Below, in pieces: positions 8,887 to 14,819 of a stretch of 14,819 nt of DNA. The notes under the pieces are model-generated. The model saw nothing but the letters and a program-made list of their open reading frames with translations, was not told where the DNA came from and made no database searches. The first letter of the stretch is position 1, and the number at the start of each line of letters is the position of its first letter. The position numbers and the translations under genes are program-made. Source of the stretch: Promethearchaeota archaeon (GTDB taxonomy: Archaea > Asgardarchaeota > Lokiarchaeia > Sigyniarchaeales > SOKP01); NCBI GenBank assembly GCA_019058015.1, contig JAHLWH010000170.1, forward strand, positions 1 to 14,819. Reading direction: 5' to 3'.

Positions 8887-9597
8887 TTGAGTGAAATTAA
8901 CAATAAAACTTTGCTTAATAATTATAAATTCAGAGTAATTTTTACTTGGATTTGGTTTTTTATAGGTTCAATCATAGTTATTCTTATTTTTTTTTTAATA
9001 AAGAATTTTGACATTGAGGAAACCCTATCAATTTTAAATAATGAAAGGCATTTAATGGTATTCATAGAATTTAGTTCAGTCGGATTCATGCCCTTATTAA
9101 TTACTATAATGTGCAAGGATAATCTTGGTCTATATGGTGTGAATAAAGTTAAGAGAAATATACTTAAATCTATTGTTCCTTCAGCTTTGATGATTGCAAT
9201 TATGTATAGTATTGGTTATTTACTAAATGGTGTTATAATAAAATCTGAATCTTATGAGTTTGGTCTTGAAATTCCTTGGAATATCATATTTGGAATTATT
9301 AGTGTGTTTACATGGGGACCTTTAGAAGTATTTTTTTATATTTGGCTGATAACTAATACAGATATGATATTTGATGAGAGAAATAAGCCGTTTTCAAAGG
9401 GATTAATCATAACAACTATTGTTTTTGCGGCTGCTCATATTCTTACTACTAATGTTAGAAATGCATTCTATGTGGGAGGTATTTTTCTTGTTTTGGGATT
9501 GATTTATAAGTATTCAAATAACATTTTGGGTCCAGCTATAGCTTGGACGATGATAAACGGAACGATATGGTTTGTATCTCAAATGTTTTGGGTATAA
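8887..9597 (+). CDS. CPBP (Abi/CAAX protease-like) integral membrane protein with degenerate catalytic motifs
   Basis: Several TM segments. GPLEVFF sits at the EExxxR position, FAAAH is intact, and WTMIN sits at the HxxxN position. GAGGTGA RBS with TTG start. Confidence 0.7.
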   Translation: MSEINNKTLLNNYKFRVIFTWIWFFIGSIIVILIFFLIKNFDIEETLSILNNERHLMVFIEFSSVGFMPLLITIMCKDNLGLYGVNKVKRNILKSIVPSALMIAIMYSIGYLLNGVIIKSESYEFGLEIPWNIIFGIISVFTWGPLEVFFYIWLITNTDMIFDERNKPFSKGLIITTIVFAAAHILTTNVRNAFYVGGIFLVLGLIYKYSNNILGPAIAWTMINGTIWFVSQMFWV

Positions 9598-9868
9598 TAT
9601 AATCTCTATATTTTAAATTGAAAATTACAATTTTTCTCCTTTAATTTCCTCTTTATATTTCTTTCATCATTCAGTTAAATATATTCAAATGATTCTGTTA
9701 ACTAAGGTTAGAAGGATTAAATTAAAAGCCCTTGATAATATTGCTTCTAGTCATCATCTTATTATTTGAGACATTAGCTTTTTTTTATAGAACTAAAGTT
9801 TTATAACTTTAATTTAATATGATGAAATCCGTAGAGAAGAATTTTTCCCAATTGAGAAGGTGGTTTGA

Positions 9869-10057
9869 TTGAATAAGATCCTGATTAGTGAGAAGGAATA
9901 TCACGATAAAGTGTATGCATGTTGGTTAGGTAAAAATATTGGAGGAACTTTGGGAGCACCCGTATCAGAACGGTATGCCCAATCTATTGGGGCTGATGGA
10001 TACGCCAAAAACGCAAAAGAAGCAGTTGATAAAGCAATCAGTCTAATTAAAAAATAG
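9869..10057 (+). pseudogene. Chimeric remnant: ADP-ribosylglycohydrolase N-terminus fused in frame to a corrinoid-protein C-terminus
   Basis: aa 11-32 YHDKVYACWLGKNIGGTLGAPV resemble the ADP-ribosylglycohydrolase start. aa 29-62 GAPVSERYAQSIGADGYAKNAKEAV resemble the end of a B12-binding domain. Confidence 0.75.
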
Positions 10058-10393
10058 AAAGAAAAAGGAGACAAAAAAAAATAAATTAAGGGAAGGATTT
10101 CACTATTGAAGATATGAAAAATATGCTGAGATATTTTTCTGTCACCGACCTTTATATCAGAAAAGCAGTGCATAATGCAATTGGAAAGACCTATAAAAAA
10201 TTATAATGAATAAATTTAATATCAGTTATTTTTTTGCTTTTAATTTTGTCTAAAAAGATAACTTTAAATTGACAAATTTGTATAGAAATACTGGTATAAT
10301 TATACAAAAAAGTTCAATTCTATTATTTTGGAAATTGAATTTCGATATTAAATAACCAAGAAAAGGGAGAAGCTATAAAAAATAGTTGTTAAA

Positions 10394-11002
10394 ATGTCTC
10401 TAGATTACAAAACTCATATTTATAATCTAATGCAACTTGTACCTTCTATTTGGGCTGTTGCTATAGTTGAGGGAGAAAATAACATTGTATATTCTACAGA
10501 TAATTGGGATATTAGTGCAGATGTAGAAAACGTATGTTCAAGTTGGAACTCAATGAGAGCTCCATTTATCATAGTTTCTGGAGTGAAATATATGTTATTA
10601 GAATGTGAAATTGATAGTTTGGTTGCGACATCAATTAAAAAAGAGGGGCATATTGTTGGAGTGAAAAATGAAGAAAGGAAAATCATCACTTACGTTGAGC
10701 CTGATGGAGATAGAAAAGCAGCAATCGTGGAACTTTCAAGAGTTTTACAAGCCATGTGTCCTAAAACGCTATATATGGACGCAAATAACAAATCTGATAG
10801 AGCAGATCTAGCAATGGAAACAAGAGAGACAGGTTATGTAGATCCGCAAATGAAAAGTAAAATTGAAGAATTTTTAAATTGGATTAAAAATCCAGATGGG
10901 CTCGCAGGCTATATTAATTATTATCTTCAACAAAATGATGTTCAAACAATTTTTGAGTTAGCCAAAATTTATGCAGAATTAAGACAAATTTTCGGAGTAT
11001 AA
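10394..11002 (+). CDS. Asgard-type profilin-like protein with C-terminal helical extension
   Basis: First ~120 aa follow the Asgard profilin pattern (AVAIV, STDNWDIS, SGVKYM, GHIVG, ITYVEP), followed by a linker and a ~55-aa helical domain. Confidence 0.7.
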   Translation: MSLDYKTHIYNLMQLVPSIWAVAIVEGENNIVYSTDNWDISADVENVCSSWNSMRAPFIIVSGVKYMLLECEIDSLVATSIKKEGHIVGVKNEERKIITYVEPDGDRKAAIVELSRVLQAMCPKTLYMDANNKSDRADLAMETRETGYVDPQMKSKIEEFLNWIKNPDGLAGYINYYLQQNDVQTIFELAKIYAELRQIFGV

Positions 11003-11152
11003 TTTCTATTTAATATTTTGGATAAAATTTTGAAGTACATTAAAAAACAAGATTTGTAAGAATAGAAAAAAAATTAATAAAAATATAAATATTTTTAGTA
11101 ATTAATGTAGGAAAAATATATTGATTTTATGCATAAATTGGAGGAAAAAGGA

Positions 11153-11797
11153 ATGAATGTACCAGAAAGTAAAGTTGAGATCAGTGGGTTTGTGGCACGA
11201 TTTTACGACCAATTGTTACGGATCGCCAGCTTTGGTAAATACAACGGTATGATGAAAGCGGCGATTGCCGACATGGATATTCAGCCTGATGATGCGATTC
11301 TGGATATGGGCTGCGGCACTGGATATAACAGCTGTCTCATGGTCAAGTATCTTGGCAATGACGGTAAAATTATAGGACTCGATATCAGCAAAAAGATGAA
11401 GAAGCAATTTGAGAAAAAATGCCAAGAGTGCCCCAATATTTCATTTATTCAAAAACGAATCGAAGACCCCTTGCCGTTTCATGATGAGTTTGACAAGGTT
11501 TTTATATCGTTTGTCTTTCACGGATTTCCGAACTCAGAACGAAAAAAGATCGCTCAAAATGCATTTAATGCGCTTAAGTCGGGAGGACGGTTTACCATCT
11601 TTGATTTTAACGAGTTTAACCTTGATGCTCAGTCATGATGGTTTCGCTCTGCATTTCGCAGAATTGAATGTCCTCTGGCTTTTGAGTACATCACGGTTGA
11701 TTGGAAAGGCCAGCTGTCTGAGTGGGGAATCGATAATTTTAACGAACATTTGTACTTTTCAAAACGAATTAGTCTTCTCAAAGCCACCAAAAAATAA
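11153..11797 (+). pseudogene. Class I SAM-dependent methyltransferase (UbiE-like) interrupted by one in-frame TGA at 11636-11638
   Basis: Motifs ILDMGCGTG, GLDIS, FDKVFISFVFH and LKSGG. After the TGA the same frame stays open for 52 codons (WFRSAFRRIECPLAFEY...LLKATKK*). Likely start is ATG 11153 after GGAGG; the track start is 11129. Confidence 0.8.
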
Positions 11798-11822
11798 TAG
11801 TGCTTCTCAACAATGGTTCCAT

Positions 11823-12153
11823 CTAAATTCTTTTTAAAACTCTTGTATTTGTTAAAATATAACTCTCATTATATCTTTCTCGCTTTTTTTTTTTATATCT
11901 CTTATTAATTTAAGTATAACGAATATAATTATTGTATCCATAAAGATAACAATGGATAATCCTAATAACTCGAGCAATGTATCTAAGTTATAAAAATAAT
12001 TAGTAATGCCAAAGTAAAAATAACGAAAAATATAGTAATAATAAGGCCCTGCTTATACCGCTTCAAATCTGTTGAATATCTAAAGTTGTTAAAAAATTCT
12101 TTATACCATAATATCTCTTCATTTGGTTCTAATATTTTTTTAATCTCTTCCAT
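11823..12153 (-). pseudogene. Frameshifted membrane protein remnant (bPH-domain-associated type)
   Basis: MEEIKKILEPNEEILW..., then a TM helix and a stop at 11983. A second TM follows in a shifted frame, and after the A11 run a further frame gives YNESYILTNTRVLKRI*. Confidence 0.5.
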
Positions 12154-12241
12154 ATGGATTTCTTAATTATGTAAATCGTATTAATAGTATAAAATTACAT
12201 CTTTCCTTTAAATTTATAATAAAAATGATTATTCAGTTGAT

Positions 12242-12511
12242 TTATCCCCAATCGCTTTTATAACCAGTTCCTCCAGGGGGCCATGAGAAAAAGATTGCTT
12301 CTTCCTGACAAACATACCAGCATGCGGCACATTCCATACATTTTTCTAAACTCTTAATTTTAGCTTTTTTTTCCATGATTTCGAAACACCCAGCTAAACA
12401 AACTTTCACACAATTGCCGCATCCTATACATTTCTCATCATTAATTTTTATAAACTCGCCCGCGCCCTCAACCCATTGCACACCAGGAAAATCTTTAAAT
12501 GTTTTAACCAT
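12242..12511 (-). CDS. FixX-like 2x[4Fe-4S] ferredoxin
   Basis: CIGCGNCVKVC and CMECAACWYVC, with a FixX-like C-terminus WPPGGTGY...G. Directly downstream of the FixC-like gene. ATG 12511 preferred over TTG 12520. Confidence 0.9.
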   Translation of the reverse strand: MVKTFKDFPGVQWVEGAGEFIKINDEKCIGCGNCVKVCLAGCFEIMEKKAKIKSLEKCMECAACWYVCQEEAIFFSWPPGGTGYKSDWG

Positions 12512-12527
12512 ATTTATCAACTCTTAC

Positions 12528-14192
12528 TTAATATACATAAAATATTGATGGATTGGCTTTATCTACAAATTTTATCATTTTGTTGCTTAATTTATTCGAT
12601 ATAGGATTTAATAATTTTATAATCGCTGAATTGATGGGCTCAATAATAGGCAAACTTTTTCTCATTAACGTGTTCAAAGAATTTGAAAGAGGAATTATAA
12701 TGATTTTAAGTACTCTTCTTATACGCAGCATTGATTTCATTATTAAGTCTATAAATCTCAACGTGCTTAGAAATTTGCGTTCCTTCTTTCTGACTCGTTT
12801 TGATGCTGTGACTTTAATGACCTTCTTTTTCACATAATCATAACTCTCGTGAAGCCAATTCTGATAATATCGGAAGTACATCTTAATCCATTTTGTTATT
12901 ATCGTTGGATCTTCTTTCACATAGGCAAGGAGCAGCTTCATGAACGGCGTGGTAAAATGTGTCAACGAGCCTAACCCCCAACCTTGATGAATATACTTCT
13001 TGAGCTTCTTTATATCATGCTCTTGTTGAGCGATACGCAAATTATAGCGATTTCTACCCTTGATAGACCACTGAATAATTGAATGTGCCTTTACCTTATC
13101 ATCATATTTCTTCAAAAAAGCTTTGGAAACGTCATTGGCTTTAATTGCTTCAATTGCGACCTGGGCGGCAATTTCGGCTGAATACCATGCTGCCGGCACG
13201 CCATCACACAATTCTGTACTTTCAAGCCCCGCAGCATCTCCAATTAATATCATACCATCCGTATGATTAGGCATTTTCCGGAGCTTTTTATTTAGCCCTA
13301 CATAAATCTCGAAGCCTTCCCACATCCTTGCACGCAATTTAGCTCGAGGAGCTACTAAATCTTTCCACCACAACAGTTTTGAAGTTATATTATGATGATA
13401 CTCATCAAATAGTTTACCTAAATTTGGCACCGATTTCTTATCTGTTCTTAAACACTGGTCCTGCATAAAATGAATACTACTTCTATAAGGCCACACCATT
13501 AGACCATTGCCATAACCAAGCGGCGGAGATATTTTTTGCTCGTCCCAGCCCCAACACATCTTAACGGAATATCCAAAAATTTTATCAATGTCTTCTTTTC
13601 GCATAATATAGTCGTATGTATCGGCTAACGAGATGGTTTCAGGTGGATATTTTTCGCGCACGCCCGCCTTTATCGCTAATATGCCCTGCGAGCACTAAGC
13701 ATTTATTACAATCTTAGCCCTAATTTTCTCGCCTTTATCTGTTATAATTCCTTTAATGAATTCGCCCTCTTTTATAAAATTGGTGACTGTAGTTGACGTC
13801 CTTAGTTCAACGCCTGCCTCCACGGCCTTTCTGGCTTGCCACTGACAAAATGGCTTACAATAAGTATTATAACCAAATGCAATGATCGGAGAGAGTGGTT
13901 TCGGGACCTTTAGTGAATCATCGATTTCAATATCCCCTTTATCGATGTCTTTTATAATATAGTTTACAATACCATCAGCAGGACGCTCAAAGGGAGGATT
14001 ACCATCCCTAATAAATGTTGGAGCAAATAAAAATCCTTGAAATGGAATAGTTAAACCCGAAATGACTTTATCGCCAACATTCTCAGAACGTTCAAGCATT
14101 AAGGTTTTAAGCTCGGCATCAGCGCAGAGCTTCGCTGCTACAGAACCCCCAAACCCAGCACCAACAACAATAATATCAAAGTCTTCGTCCAT
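12528..14192 (-). pseudogene. FixC/geranylgeranyl-reductase-family FAD oxidoreductase interrupted by one in-frame TAG at 13695-13697
   Basis: GxGxxG (VVGAGFGG) and LER in the 5' ORF; LIGDAAG...GV in the 3' ORF. The two track ORFs share a frame and are joined by INA*CSQGILAIKAGVREKYP, giving 554 codons in total. Confidence 0.85.
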
Positions 14193-14215
14193 TTATAAAA
14201 TATTGAATAAAGAAG

Positions 14216-14223
14216 TATATAAA
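14216..14223 (-). promoter_or_regulatory. Candidate archaeal TATA box for the FixC-FixX-like operon
   Basis: TTTATATA on the minus strand, 24-31 nt upstream of ATG 14192 with an A-rich upstream flank; no RBS, so possibly leaderless. The AT-rich background weakens this call. Confidence 0.35.
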
Positions 14224-14254
14224 TTTATTATTTTAATTTTGTAATTATTTTCTC

Positions 14255-14464
14255 TTAATTAAAATATTGATTTAGCTTTCTTAATCCTTCAATAATCAAA
14301 TCTACTATTTTAAACATAGGCATTTTTACTGCCCATCCATATTCATCAAATAAGTATACAGGAAGTTTCCAAAAGAGCATTTTACGTGTTTCTCTTCGAT
14401 ACATGCCTATAAATGCACCTCCAACGATTTCACTTGTTCCAGAATCATCAATTTCTATAGTCAT
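14255..14464 (-). pseudogene. Probable N-terminal fragment of an RNase H-like-fold archaeal protein
   Basis: MTIEIDDSGTSEIVGGAFIG resembles the first acidic strand of RNase HII-like folds (IDEAG.G..VG). GGGAG RBS upstream. At 69 aa it is too short for the whole fold. Confidence 0.45.
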
Positions 14465-14483
14465 TTAACTCCCTTATACTTAA

Positions 14484-14807
14484 AAAGTTGTTCAATCATT
14501 TAAATCTTTTCTTAAAAATGCCAAGTCAACACTTCAAGAATTTTACCAAAAACATCAATTTGACACTCCAAAATATCAAGAAATTAAAAAAGTAGGTCCT
14601 GAACATAAACCCATATTCACAGTAGAAGTTATCATAAGACCTGGTAGTAATAAAATCGGTTTCGAAAATGCTTTTAACACTTACATAATTGATAATTCTT
14701 TTGTGAGTTCGACTGAAAAGGGAGGATCAAAAAAGATAGCTGAAATGAGGGCTGCTGAAACTATGTCTGATATTATTGGTTTATTATATACTTCAGAAAT
14801 GATGTAA
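14484..14807 (+). pseudogene. Double-stranded RNA-binding domain (dsRBD/DSRM) reading frame lacking a canonical start
   Basis: NAKSTLQEFYQK...PKY...GPEHKPIFTVEV...GGSKKIAEMRAAE matches the dsRBD consensus. The frame is open from TAA 14481-14483 to TAA 14805-14807, with no ATG/GTG/TTG before the domain. Confidence 0.75.
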
Positions 14808-14819
14808 TAATACTTGAAC

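Noticed and set aside
10090-10206. Short open frame ending ...DLYIRKAVHNAIGKTYKKL*, HEAT-repeat-like
   Set aside because: Possibly another remnant, but the similarity is too weak to name without a search.
11409-11837. 142-aa alternative-frame ORF as a frameshift continuation of the methyltransferase
   Set aside because: The protein-like continuation lies in the original frame beyond the TGA; this frame shows no family features.
426-14244. Short antisense ORFs in the track (426, 1621, 3551, 4296, 5455, 5722, 8922, 9901, 10420, 11216, 12553, 14062)
   Set aside because: They lie opposite well-supported genes and have no recognisable motifs; treated as shadow ORFs.
1-14819. Genome-wide reassignment of TGA to Trp; CRISPR arrays, tRNA/rRNA genes, transposases or integrases
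   Set aside because: TGA terminates apparently complete genes (200-202, 6626-6628) and Trp is otherwise encoded by TGG. I saw no spaced repeats, structured RNA genes or recombinase motifs in the window.

Overview
AT-rich archaeal window, most likely Asgard/Lokiarchaeia. The evidence is a profilin-like gene, an archaeal S27e remnant, GGTGA-type RBSs with TTG starts, and a corrinoid/URO-D-MtaA methyl-transfer cluster. Intact genes: two GNAT acetyltransferases, a corrinoid protein, two URO-D/MtaA-family proteins, DUF2284, a stand-alone Lrp/AsnC ligand-binding domain, a cupin, a degenerate CPBP membrane protein, a profilin-like protein with a C-terminal extension and a FixX-like ferredoxin. The most striking feature, absent from the ORF track, is two start-less 3' copies of the ribosomal protein S27e gene (811-927, 2100-2153). 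They flank a GNAT gene and differ almost only at synonymous sites, which suggests repeated site-specific integration into rps27e. The window also holds many gene scars: two genes broken by one in-frame stop (TGA in a SAM methyltransferase, TAG in a FixC/GGR flavoprotein), an in-frame ADP-ribosylglycohydrolase/corrinoid chimera joined at a shared GAPV motif, a start-less dsRNA-binding domain, and MBL, YHS, AbrB and membrane-protein remnants. Family calls come from motif recognition by eye; no database searches were run.
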